The position numbers were made by a program, and so were the translations under genes. DNA of 63,589 bases, filler included, from Nemertoderma westbladi (Eukaryota > Animalia > Xenacoelomorpha), in assembly GCA_032718475.1 (NCBI GenBank). It is 3 parts of 3 records of this genome, joined end to end, with 100 filler letters (N's around TTAATTAATTAA, not from the genome) between each part and the next. Parts side by side here need not be neighbours in the genome. Positions count along the whole stretch, not along the records: positions 1 to 26,732 come from JAUCBJ010005754.1; 2 more parts are not named here. One strand, 5' to 3'. Within the stretch, counting starts at the first letter, position 1, and each line of letters opens with the position of its first letter. The notes beneath the pieces are model-generated. The model was not told where the DNA came from and made no database searches. It saw nothing but the letters and a program-made list of their open reading frames with translations. Of this stretch, positions 11,794 to 24,865 are shown piece by piece.

Positions 11794-14122
11794 CAGGGCT
11801 GGCAAAAACCTTAGGTTTTTCAAAACAAAAATTAGGTTTTAGGTTCTTGTTAGGTTTTTGCAGGTTTTTGGAAGGTTTTTGCAGGTTTTTGAATGTTATT
11901 TCTAGGTTTTTGTAGTATTTCTCTCAGGCTGTATTTGTATATTGATTGATTAGATTGACCTGACTGCCTGAGCTTGATTGGTACATCAGTTCATTCGTTA
12001 TGGTTAGATAAATTATATGGGGCCGCAATTGTTCAAGATTATATTTTATACAGCTGTACAGCACTGGTAGTTCAGTAGATACCTGTACAGGGTGGGGGGG
12101 GGGGGGGGGGGGGGGGTGGAGTGATCATGGGGCATCATGCATGATCTTTTGGCGTTTGATTTGTCTTAATTTGGCCCAGATTTCTTTAAGTTGACCTTGA
12201 GGTCGTTGACCTTACAATATATTGCTGATTTATTGAGAGCATCTTGAACCGTACCACTCAATGATTGACCATATATTACTACATCGTTTAAAATAATAAA
12301 GGTATATAATAAAGGTGAAAGCTATCACCTTGTATTACTCCGACTACTGTAGCTGTCTAATAGGGTCCAGCCAAGCCAGTGCATAAACACCAATAGAGAC
12401 ACATATAATTACATGCCGGGAAAGCCCAAACTTCAGTAATCAGAGTTATAGAAGTAATGCAAAATTATTAAAGGAGGGGGGATTCATGCAATTCTTAAAA
12501 TGGGCGTTTGAAAGTTGCATGATATCAATATCACATTTGGTATCCTTGTATGGCCAGCTTTCCATCTCTCCGAAAAATTCTGACCCAATACAGCAATAAG
12601 ATGGAGGAATCTGTTACAAAATTCATGCAATTCATATAATTCATGCAATTCTAATTTACGGTTTTTAGAAAAATTTGGCTCCAATTTAGAAAATCTGTGC
12701 ACCACGACTGTGAGGTTTGCTATTACTGTGCAATCAAATCTCGCTGTGAATACCGTACCTAACTGTATTTTATAACTGTAATTAATTAAATTAATTATTT
12801 TTGCCTAATTGAGTTAATTAACTTTAATTAATTTCGGGATCAGGATTTCAATTATCATATTTTTACATTACTCTTACTTACAGACTTATGGTTAGCCAAA
12901 CAGTCAAAAATGAACTGAGCAGTAATGCAGAAATGAGCTGGCTGGGCGCCAGTGCAAGTCAGCAATTCAAGGCCAAATCAGCAAATTGAAGGAATTGTGA
13001 ACTGGTGTCCTAGTCCTCTGCTCTAGCCTGTGTGAAGGAGAACTTAACTTCATAGAGCATAAAGAAATAACTTGTAACTTACCGCCAGTAACTTACCGCC
13101 AGTATATTAACTTAATGTCTTCATAAAGGGATATAATTAGGATACTACCAGTAGTGTAGTGTAGCAGTCCAGCCCAGCAGCCACCCCACCAGCCATCAGC
13201 CGGGCGCTTTTGTGTAGGTTTGCCTAAGGCATAGCAGATGCCATGTTAGGTAACTCAGCTAATGTCGGACAAGAGCTGCAGAGTAATATGTAATACAGTA
13301 AGTATAATAAGAAAGCCAATGCTATGCTGGCTGCCTCAATTAGTACACAGTGTGTGTGTGTGTGTATACTAGGAAGGATGGTAGTGGTAGACAGTGGAGG
13401 TCTGCTCTCTGGTGTGTTGATTGGCAGCCTGGCTCCATAGATGGGAAGGAATCTGCTTGCCTCAGGGGGATGACGAGTAGCAGATAAAATTGTACAAATC
13501 CACCCGTTTGACGGGTGGAATTCAATTAATTCTTAATTAAAAGTTAACTATGCTGTAATTTTAATTTTTACAGGACCAAAATATGTAGTTTTGCCTGCTC
13601 TATGTCACAATACCAATTTTACTCGTGCGTCTAAAAAAATAGCAATGCGAATTTAATTTTAATTTTTAATAGGGATTTGTGTGGAGAAATACAAACTCAT
13701 CCACCCGTTTGAGGGGTGTCTGTCCAGCCGTTTGACGGGTGAAAGTTCCTAACTGCTGTAGTAAGTCTACAATATCTGAATATATTAAAATAATCGATTT
13801 GATTTTTGTTTTAAAAAGGGGACCGGGTAGGGTAATATTACAGTATTAGTCATTCCAGCTGCGAGCAGTGTGCTGTGCAGTGCAGCAGTGAGGTTTTATT
13901 GTCGGCTTAGTTAAAGACAGTAACTCAAAAGACTTTAGTCTGTGGGTTTCATGCATAAAACCAAAATATTTTTGTCATCAGAAATTTTCAAAATACAAGC
14001 AATTTGGCTCTTTTTTGTGATCAAAAACCTAAAAACCTAGTTTTAGGCTTTTTTCAAAGTTTAGGTTTTTGACAAAAATCGACAAAAACCTAGGTTTACA
14101 AAAACCTACTTTGCCAGCCCTG
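11794..14122. mobile_element. Non-autonomous hAT element nested in the 5-bp-TSD element
   Basis: TIR cagggctggcaaa / tttgccagccctg. Perfect 8-bp TSD GTCATGCT at 11786-11793 and 14123-14130. (aggttttt)n and (aaaaacct)n subterminal repeats. Confidence 0.9.
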
Positions 14123-16002
14123 GTCATGCTTCATGTACCTTTAAGTTCGATTCTCAATGTCACGTCCAAAATAGGACTTAAAGTCCAATATTGGACTTTT
14201 GTAAAAATTCAAAGCCTTATAAAAAAAGTTCCCCCTGGTGAATTTCAGGTCCCCCTGTTCAAAACTCTTATTTTTTGATATATTTTCGATTAAAGAAAAA
14301 AAATCCCGCCCGATCCAATTACCCAAGGCCCTGGAACAATTGGCTGATTTGAAGTCCAATATTGGACTCACAGAAGTCCAATTTTGGACTTGAACTGGAG
14401 TCGAAGTCCAATTTTGGACTCAAGTCCAATTTTTGACTTCTCACCGACTGCCTGTAGGCCTACTGATTACTTTGGAATAATGGTAACCTGAACTTTTTGA
14501 AGTTAGCAATATTCCATTCCCATTGACTCTGTGTTAAACAGGATTAACGTGATTGGTTGCTGCTTAGTACAGTAGTAGCAGCCCCTAGCAGGTTTCTCCA
14601 ACCACATTACTGCATTACTTGTTTTATACAAAATGGAATAATGTTAACGGAAAAGCCACGATCTAAGCACCAGTCAGCCAGTTTCCGTTTGGTGTCTGTT
14701 TTTATTTTCTTCTGTGTTCGCTTAGTCTGTTAGTAACTGTGAGTGTACCTGGTTTTTACCGTAAGTGTATCTAGTTGTTTTTCTCTGGCATCTGGCCTCC
14801 GGTGAGGTGGTGATAATTTTAATTCATTTTATAATTTTTCACTGTGTTTAATAATAATAATAATAAATTTCAACTGGGTTGAAATTTACAACTTTCTTTT
14901 TAAATTCAACTTTTAAGTCAGTAAGTTGTAAATTCAACTCTGAATTGGCAGGAGGCCCAGAATGCAGTAGGCCCCCAAGACGTGAGAGAAGGCGTGTTTT
15001 TATTGATGTAACTCGAAAATTGAACCCTCATTAGGCCTACCGATGGAATAAAAAATTTCACCGTCGGGTCGGGATTACTTTTTTAAAAAACATTTTAGGT
15101 GATTACATTTCTAAATTACCGGTAGCTGAAATAGGCCTACCGGTATATACTACTGTACTACGGGAATTTATTAGACGTATTAAATTAGGTACCACTCTCA
15201 GACTGTACTGCTGTATCCTAGTATCCAGGTATCTGATAATTATTACAGTATTACTGTATTATTCAATGGAATACCAGCAAGGCGTTCTTTACTAAAGTTT
15301 ACATTAGTAAAGAATGCATTGAATTCCAGTGATGGATTCCAACTCCATATGTCAGTATTTCCAAACCTACTCAAAAAGTTGAATTTAAAAAAAAGTTGAA
15401 TTTTAAACCGTACCGGCAGGCCCAACTCCAAAAGTTGAATTTTAATAAAAGGTTGAATTAAAAAAAAATAAAGTTGAAATTTCATCAACTCAGTCGAAAA
15501 TAGAACTTCTCCCCGACTGCTGTTCAGGAGCAATAAATCAGGAAGTAAGTTTGAAGTGGAAGTTTAGAACTGTGAAATGCAAAGTACCGGTACCAAGCTT
15601 CAAGTTACAGACTGATACAGTGATAGGCGACATACCTAACAACCTAACGGTTTCGCTTCTATCACCTCAATGCATTGCATCAACACCAGTACCAGGGTAC
15701 GGTGCCGGTAGGAGCCTAACTGCTAAACTTTGAACTTAGAAGTGTCAGTGTAAGGAAAGAAGAACCAGGGAAGGACTAGGCTGCTAGCTGCCTCGGTCAG
15801 TCAGTAGTGGGAGTCGTCAGGTCGTGGAAACTAGGGGACTTGGAGGTTGCTACTGCTACCGGCGGCTGATTACCGACAGACCCAATTCAACGTTTAGGCC
15901 TACTAGTCAGCTACGAACGGTTAACGTTGGCGATACTAAGAGGCATAACCGCGTTCGTCTAGCCTACGAAGCACCAAACAACCAAAGATACACTGTTGGG
16001 TT

Positions 16003-16036
16003 ATGGAACAATTCTCAGAGCCGATGGAATGCGAAG
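16003..16036 (+). CDS. USP7: USP7 probable first coding exon (MEQFSEPMECE, phase-1 donor)
   Basis: ATG followed by GAAG|GTAAGT. The peptide resembles the end of vertebrate USP7 exon 1 (EQQLSEPEDMEME) and splices in frame to 23529. Confidence 0.65.
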
Positions 16037-16690
16037 GTAAGTTCAGATTAGAAACATACGGTACCCATCCCTTCAATTAACAGAAACATTACTTTGCTTT
16101 ATAAACAACCTGAGCCTGGTCCCTTGGCCCCTAGGTAATTGTCATGCTTGCTTGCGTGGCAGGATCACTACATAGCAGTATAGCAGTGCATAACAGAGGG
16201 GAGAGGGGTGTCAAATAGGGAAAATTTACTTGACATACTTTATGAACGCCCACTAAATCATTTAGACATAGCAACAATTACTTCAAAAATGGCATTTTCA
16301 TAGCGTTGTGACTACTGAACTCGTGAATGATTTCAAATAAATCTAATAATCTAATTATTGAAAAGAAAGGTAAGTAAATGTTAATTATATTATAATAATA
16401 CCGTAATAATTTACTATTTGGTAATGAGGCGGTGCTTTATTTTATTTATAACCTCACTTTTTTGCTAACGTTTTTCTTTAAACATAATTTAAACATTATA
16501 TGGGACACTATGTAAATCCCGGCGGGACTTTAAGTAATTTGATTCTACTAAAAGAATAGTAACAAAATTAAATATTTCCTTCGTAAGAAACTATGCTGTT
16601 ATTCAAATAATAAAAATATTATTAACAATACAATAATTATACGATGCGTTTATGAGCAATTAATACACTAATACGTCACGTACCAATCCA

Positions 16691-19160
16691 CTACTACTAC
16701 TACTAGGTCGAGCGAACTCGGACAGTGGAAATGAGATCCCTCCAGGCTTCCCGATTCTCCATAGTTGTCGCAATTTCGTTTCTCCCAAGTTCAGTATCCC
16801 TTTCAAGTTGATCGATAAATGTTAGGGCCGGTCGTCCACGACTACGCTTTCCATGAGTTGGTTGCCAGAGAAGTAGATCTGGTATGACCTCGTCTTTACT
16901 TCGCCAGCAGTGCTCACTGAATCTTAATCTGCGTTCACGGAGGGTGGTTGATACCGGTGGTATTGTACCATAAAGCTCGGCGTTTGTCATGTGTTGTCTC
17001 CAGCTGATGTTTAGGGCTGCCCTTAGTAGTCTTGTGTAGCAACCATCAATTCGTTGTTCAAGTGATTTAGTCAGTGTCCAGGTCTCACCCCCGTATAAAA
17101 ATACACTTTCCACTGTGGCTCGAAAGAACTTAGTCTACCCCAGGTGTCAGGAGAGATCTGATTTCCAGATGATATCCATTTTTGATAGAGCTACCCAAGC
17201 CTTTGCTTTCCTAACGTCTATGTCCTTTTTGCTACTCTCTATCCATGATCCAAGGTACTGGAAGTCGTCGACCTTCCTTAGTTGATATTATCAATGGTTG
17301 TCAAGTTTCCATCAATATTAAAGGTCATGAATTCGGTCGTGGTAGCATTTATATGCAATCCAACCTCCTTAGCAGCCCTCTCCACTTTATTTAGTAGAAT
17401 CTGTGCATCTGCTATCGTATTAGAGAGCAGGGCGATGCCATCCGCAAAGTCGGTGTCTGTGACTGTAGTTGCCGGATATCTACTACTTCTGCATTCTTGA
17501 AGTGTGATCCCAGAACTTCACCCTTTGTGGCCGTCCTCATTGCGTAATCCAGCACAGTTACAAATAGTAATGGTGCTAATGTGTCACCTTGCGGTACCCC
17601 AGCCAGGATTGAGAAAAACTCAGTTTCACCATCTGATGAGAGTACCTGCGCTTCTGTGTCACAATATAACAATCCAATGCCAGCAACAATTACTTCTGGT
17701 ATTCCATAAGCTCTTAGGATTTCAAGCATTTTGCCTCTATGGATGGAGTCGAATGTCTTCTTGAAGTCCACAAAAGTCATGACTTCGGGAAGATTCTTTG
17801 ACTTAATTCCTCCAATCAGTCATCCGTAGTGCAAGTATCTGAGCTATTGTTGATCTACTTGGTCGAAATCCGTTTTGGCTTTTACGCAGTAGTTTCTTTA
17901 TGTGAGGCCTAATCCTATATAGAATCATTTTATTGTATATTTTGGCTGCTACCACATGCAGACAGATCCCACGATAGTTTGTTGTTATACCGAGGTCTCC
18001 TTTGTTTGGGAGAGGCTTTAGTTGACCTTTAGTTCAAATTGGTGGGTTTTTTCCCTTTCAACACCCGGTTGCAAACATTCAATGATGGTCTTTTTAGTAC
18101 TCCTGTTTTCCATACCTCCGCTGGGATTTCATCTAATCCACTCGCTTTATTGTTGGACATGTTTTTAATGCTTCTTTGGAGTTCGGCAGGTGTGAAGTCA
18201 CCTGTTTCTATAGGTAGTGTCTTGTCATATATTTTCCTTCTAGGGCTGACCTCGATGTTTGGTGGCTGCCCAAGCAAGTTGCTGAAGTGATTTTTCCACT
18301 TCCCAACACGTTCTTCAGGACTATCGACTTTGAGGCGCCCCTTTGCACAACTTTTCCGACCAGATACCTAATTTACAGTTTGCCAGGTAAGTTTTGATTG
18401 TTGCTGTATGTGATCAGTTGTAATTGCTTCAGTTTTATCCTGTATGTACTTTTCCTGGCTGGTGTTGTAGGCCAGTTTAAGATCGTCCTTAGCTTTCTCA
18501 ACCTTGTTAAGGTTTTCGGTTGTTGGTTGTTCGGTTTTATCTTTGTAGGCTATATTAAGATCTTCTCTCTTACAAGTAACCTCATAGTTTTGCCATGGCA
18601 CATACTGTTTTCGTTTGGGTTTCTGGGGGATATGCCTCTTAGCTGATTCCTTGTGGGTTGTTATTATATTCTGGTATATTGAATCAGTGGACTGGTCTTC
18701 ATCCATTGACTGAAATGCTTCAAAGCGGTTTTTAACTTCTACTGTGTAAGTATCCTTTACTGCATTGTCAGTTCTGAGTTTCTCCCAGTCATAGTTGATT
18801 TGCTTGCTTGTCCTTGGCTGGCTCTCAAACTGAGTCTGATCTCTGCAGTCACAATTCTGTGGTCCGAACCAATTAGGTTGAACGAGCTGTATGCCTCGCA
18901 GTTGATCATGCTGTTTCTCCACTTCTTGTTTATAAGGATGTAATCCAGTTGTGCTTTGGTTCCATTAGGGTATTGAAAGGTCCATAGCTTCCCCTTACTC
19001 TTTTCGAATGTGTTGTTTGTTGGTATCAATTCACATTCTTCCATTAGGTCTAAAAGTAAATACCCATTTCTGTTAGAACTGGTGTTATAGGTGTAACCCT
19101 TGATGTCTTCTGGGCCGATTTGCGCATTCAGGTCACCAGCAATGACTTGAATGACTACGA
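16691..19160 (-). mobile_element. 5'-truncated RTE-clade LINE (family A) with (TAG)n tail and ~41-bp TSD, inside USP7 intron 1
   Basis: Endonuclease motifs AGDLNAQIG, QLDYIL, SDHRIV. RT motifs FVDFKK.FDSIHR, GVPQGDTLAP, FADG. C-terminal LYGGETWTL..RLRF.EHCWR..RGRP. TSD ttatgagcaattaatacactaata..cgtaccaatcca at 16650-16690 and 19161-19202. Confidence 0.93.
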
Positions 19161-19897
19161 TTATGAGCAATTAATACACTAATAATGTAACGTACCAATC
19201 CAATGTACTTTCATTGTTAATATTGGATGGAAAGCCCTTTTGCTCAGTACATTCACCCCCTCTGGCGCTCTGGGCTACAACAGACAGCTATGCCGCGAGC
19301 CAAGCCAGACAACAAATGCAATATAATCAACTCACCTTCAACCTATTAGAGAATGTGAGTTGATACCTTCACTCTGGCTAGTTGTATAGTAGCCGAGTTG
19401 ATATTCTGACTGTCTGGGTAGTCGAATCGAGGTAACATGCTTAATCGAGCTCCTTGCTTATCCAACTACTGGTCCACCTCAAGTTAAATAATTACATGTT
19501 CTGGAATGAAAATTTACGACATTGGCTTCTGCTATCCGTTGCCTACCTTATAAGGGCCCTTCTATTTTTTGTTTCAATGGCATTCTCTAATCAGGCATGG
19601 TTCATCTCTCTATGAATTGTGCTATTTGTGAGATATAAATATTTATTGAACAGCCAGAAATTAATAAAGAAATGAGGGTGTTTTATAAACTACGAGACAA
19701 ATTAATTGTAATATCGCATACTAACTAATTCAAAATATTTTTGTTGCATTCACCTATAACTAATTAATAATATCATACATATTCTTTTAAAAGGAATAAA
19801 TTTTCTAACACAAATAGCTATGCTTCTGACTTCGAAAATGTTGTTATAGTATTTAGTAGTTGTGGGGTTCGTGGGGGGGGGGGGGGGGGGGGGGCTT

Positions 19898-20315
19898 AAT
19901 TTTTTAATATTATTAAAAAGCTTGCGTTGCAAGGATTCCAAATATGTAACAATATTTGAATTTCGTTGAGAAACAGCTGAGATATGGGGGTTCAAAGATT
20001 GCAATAATTATTGTTCGCTGAAGGCCATTTATTCTATTTAATAAATACACGATGTTCTGGAACATTTTGTTTATGTATGAATAGCTACGCAATAGATATA
20101 GTGGATAGGAATACCGCTGTTGCCCACCAACTCATAAAATAAATAACACATTCTAGAATTTTGTGTATTTATTACATAGAATAAGTGGCCTAAAGCGAAT
20201 GATCGTTCTTGCAATCTTTGAACCCCCATATCTCAGCTGTTTCTCAACGAAATTCAGATATTGTTACATATTTGGAATCCTTGCAACGCAAGCTTTTTAA
20301 TGATATTAAAAATTA
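19898..20315. repeat. ~105-bp inverted repeat pair (MITE-like)
   Basis: 19898-20004 is the reverse complement of 20209-20315, producing the mirrored 'MQSLNPHISAV..' ORFs. Confidence 0.85.
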
Positions 20316-20941
20316 CGACAAATGTGAAGAATGGCCACGATACGGAGGGTGCGATTTAGCAAAAGACACTTTTTTTAAAACGCTTATAAAAAATATTTAA
20401 AGGCGAAATCGAAAATTCTGGCTTCATGGTAATGATAAAGATTTGTAGAAAAATCTGGGGGTCTGTGGGTTACTTACATGACAGTTTTAATTACAGTTTT
20501 ACCAGCTAAATCTGTGATTACATGAAACTAAAAGTGCACTGTACCAAATTTACTATTCACGGCGCATCTCTGCCTTGCATTCTTAATTGGTATTTGTTAG
20601 CTAAGTGAGAACTGGAGTTTCCTTAAGTCAAGGATGACATGAGTGAGACCCCACTGGAACTGAGCTGTCTGTTAACAGAAACAGACTGCACGGTGCGCCG
20701 TGCGTATACAGAACCTACACCTCATACCGCGCTCTAGGAGCAATATTTTTTCAGCACATTGCTGCATTTCTTGGTAGTGGACGAGGTACGATGGTCTAGG
20801 TATTTGTTTTCAATTATACCACCTAACATCATGTGAGGTCTCATTCATCATTAATTATTATATCTTTCAAGAGTCTTTTGGCATTAGAACTCGATAAGTC
20901 GAACTGGAGCCTAGAGATCATTGGTTTACAACACCTATTCT

Positions 20942-22320
20942 TAGTGTTGAGAACTGAATCAATTTTGACTAATTTCAGTTTCATTATTCAAAGGTTTGCT
21001 TTCAGTTACAGTTTCAGTATTACAAAGTGTAACATTTCAGTTACAGTTACAGTTTCATTTCAGTATTACAAAATTGAGCATTTCAGTTTCAGTCACAGTT
21101 TTGGTCGTGATAAAATTCAGTTACAGTTTCAGATTAAGTTATAGATTCAATATATGATCCCACCTATAGTAAGAAGCCATTGAAATATTGTCAGTCTCAT
21201 CGGGGCGCGGTGCAGTGCAGTCACTTGCCCAAAAAATCAAACGAATCACTTGCCAAATAAAAAAATATATCTAAAACTAAAAATGAGTGACTGTAATATA
21301 TTACTGTAATGCGCTAATAATAATGTTCATTACGAAACTTCCTTTTTCTAGAGCTAATTAGTAGTTGTTGTAGGAAAGTTGGACCCACTCTATGGTAATA
21401 TTTTGTAACTAATATACTGATAGTATGCAATGAAAGTGGCACGTCGCAAGATCACACTAAAGGCACCCACATTTTACTACTGTGCATCTTGTTTCAGTGC
21501 TTGTACTGTTATCATTTATTGTTTTGGTTATAAAGTCCATGCTTCTGAATCCTGCTCATTTTCCTTAATTCGTAATTTGTTTTAGTAATCATATATTTAT
21601 TGTTGTGGTTAGACCCACCTCGATAAGCTGCTCCTTTTACTTTCAAAGTTTAATTGTAATTTTGTAATTTATAATGGTAAACTTGATCAAAATTTAATTT
21701 CCAGTGTGACACTCTAGTGTGATATCCCCTGTGATATTAATAGAACCGGTAACATTAATAATTCATAATGTAATGTAATAATATCCGTTATATATCCCTC
21801 TATACCATTAACTTTTCTTTGTTTATCTAAAACATTTACATTTAATATGAAGCAAAGAGTGGTGGTAATAATAAGGCTGGTAATAGTCTAATAGTTGGGA
21901 CAGATAAACATAGACTATATGCTAGATCTTCGTTCACCACTTGACTCGCCAAATAAATCACAATTGAGCTAAGTGGGCAATGGGTCTTTGTTTTTTATAA
22001 CAATGTTTTAAAAATGATACCTATATTAACCACTGTTATACATTTATTAAACTATACTCTATACTATTACAATTACTGTTTTAAATGCTCATTCGTGTTA
22101 ATTGTGCGATTGAGAACTGAATCGATTTTTAGTAATTTCAGTTTCAGTTACAGTTACAGAATTCAAAATTAGTAATTACAGTTTCAGTTAAAGTTACAGT
22201 ATTCGAAATTAGCAATTTCGGTTACAGTTATAGTTACAGTATCAAAAAAATCATCAAAATTATTCAGTTGCAGTTACAGTTGCAGTTACAGTATAATTAC
22301 AGTTACAGCTCTCAACACTA
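20942..22320. mobile_element. Non-autonomous hAT-like element with (CAGTTA/CAGTTT)n subterminal repeats
   Basis: TIR tagtgttgaga / tctcaacacta; 8-bp TSD cctattct / cctattat. Confidence 0.8.
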
Positions 22321-22384
22321 CCTATTATGTAGACCTACCCACCCATCGTCATGCAAATACACAAGTCACATGCTGTATTTATCA

Positions 22385-23245
22385 GTTTATTGTTTTTTAT
22401 TTACACCAATAGCAGAATTTAATGAGGGTTTCAAATCTGAAAACCGCATAGGGAAATCTCTTTTAGTTCTCAAGTTATCGCTGTTTTTCTGTATGATGGT
22501 CTGTCTGTCAAATTGTCCGACAGACAGACAGACTAGATTCCACCAAACCTTAAAACTGACATCGGAAATGAAATCAGCGACTCCGAAAACCCCCATAATG
22601 AAAGTTGTAGCAATTATCTCGGAATGACATTTTTCATTTATCAAAATGCTACTCGTCCACCATTTTTTAACCAACTTCCTTTATTTTTGGCTCATTCGAT
22701 TGGGTTCTCGAAAGGATTCGGCAGTTCTTTAAAAGTTATCGGTTGGTATTTTTATATATTTCTGTTTGTACAGCCAATTTTTCAGATTAAGGTCAAAAAT
22801 TTGTTAAAATGTTGCCAAATATTAATATATAAATACCGGTATTAATTAATTTTCATAAAAGGGCTAAACTAAAAATTATAACCGATAACTTTTGTGGAGC
22901 TCACCTCCGTAATTCTAAAAAAAATGGATTAAGACAATTTCACCTAAAATTGAATGACTTAGTAGCTATATAACCCCAAATCTTGTTTCATTCAATGGCT
23001 GCTAGAGGGCGTATGGAAATGAAAATTTTTCGACAAAACAAATGTTTGGTCAAATTTTAACAGCCCATACTGTATAAAATGATAATATTTTAATTTCAGT
23101 AGAAATCGTAGACAGACATTTAAAAAAAGTGTTCGGTGGGGGGGGGGGGGGGGTACTCCCCTCTTAAGAACGTTGTGAAACTTTTATTTATTGAGAGTTA
23201 GCGTAAGTCCTCAATCTGACCACCGAATCTGGCACTATTAGTTAG
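22385..23245 (+). mobile_element. HINE/Helentron-like non-autonomous element
   Basis: T-rich start, ctgtctgtc/gacagacag microsatellite, and a 'gaaatcagcgactccgaaaacccc' core of the DINE-1-like type. Confidence 0.5.
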
Positions 23246-23528
23246 TAAACAAACCACCTACTCCTTGATCGTGCGATTTGCTACCTTGTAGGCCTCGGTC
23301 CATGTTTGTACCGGTACTAACTGCTGATGCCTGGCCCTTTCTACACTGGGTTTATAATTTCGGTGCCACAACCGTAATTTTAATCTTTGCTTTAGCAAAG
23401 GAACAATTAATCAATTAAATTGTACAATTTTCTGTCACGTTGGTATCTGAAGATATCTGTAATGGATCATCGACTTATTTAAACGTAAATAACATGAATA
23501 ATTAATTATATTTTAATTATTTTATTAG

Positions 23529-23660
23529 AATCCCAGAATGCCAACATCATGCACAACCAGAGCTCTCAGTCAGAGTTCCTTGGCCCTATCGACGTGTCCA
23601 AGGTTGCCGTAGAGGATGTTATGATACACGATGTTATCCTAGACGAATCTATTGAACCAG
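23529..23660 (+). CDS. USP7: USP7 coding exon 2 (132 bp, phase 1-1)
   Basis: tttattAG|AATCCCAG...GAACCAG|GTGAGT. Open frame (E)SQNANIMHNQ...DESIEP links in frame to the MATH exon. Confidence 0.8.
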
Positions 23661-23949
23661 GTGAGTATAGGAATCACTTACCAACCGAACTTACTGTCGG
23701 CACTAGATTCATCACTTCCTCTGATAATTTTAATTTTACTCACTTGAAATTTAATTGTTAACCCATTTAACGCCGTGATTCGAGGAAATTTATTTGGTGT
23801 TATAGTTTGTATTATTTGGTGGTGATGTCCATAGATAGGGAGGAATTAATTTTAATTTTAATATATTATTTTTTATTAAAAGAGGAAGCAAAACAAATGT
23901 TGTTGTTGAGATTTTAAAAAACGAATGAGTTGAAATTTAATCGTAATGA

Positions 23950-24234
<285 letters not shown>

Positions 24235-24828
24235 TGAGTTTCTTTAAACCTTTTTATAACCAAAACAATAAACGAGTGTCAGGGGGGTAGGTTAACAGGT
24301 TTTATAGTTAGCTGTTGTTTTTTCGACAACCTGACTTTGGTCCAGAACAGAAGTTTCATACATTCCTCCCCAATTCACTCTTCCCTAACTCGTAGGAATT
24401 CGAGATTTAGGGGGATAAATCATTCCATAATCTGACAAGGTTGCGTACAGTTGATCGGGTCTGGGTGCGGTGCGTATCTGGAAGTTCTAATAGGAACCGG
24501 AACTAATATTAGCCGACTCCCATAATAACATTTTTAACCGAAATAATTTAATGTATTTACCTGAGATAGGGTTTTTAATTTCTAATTATTTTCTTTTTTT
24601 CTTCTATGGTAAAGTAATATTGGGTCGTGGGAGGGGGTATTTGACCGTTAAGGAATAAATAAAGGTGATTTAAACAGATAATTTTAATATTTTGAAAATC
24701 CATTACCATTATTATTATGGATGTTGAACATATTGGTTGTCGAGTCGAGTAAGTATGTCGAGTAAGTATCATGTTCTACTGTTCTAAGAATGGCATCATA
24801 TAGGCTATGTTTCTAAACATTATGCTAA

Positions 24829-24865
<37 letters not shown>

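Larger units (their letters stand above)
10446..14450. mobile_element. Non-autonomous TIR element with a 5-bp TSD (CCTGT) and palindromic subterminal repeats
   Basis: TIR cagtcggtgagaagtcaaaaattggactt / aagtccaatttttgacttctcaccgactg. CCTGT at 10441-10445 and 14451-14455. Arrays of agtccaa(tt/ta)ttggact near both ends. Confidence 0.85.
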
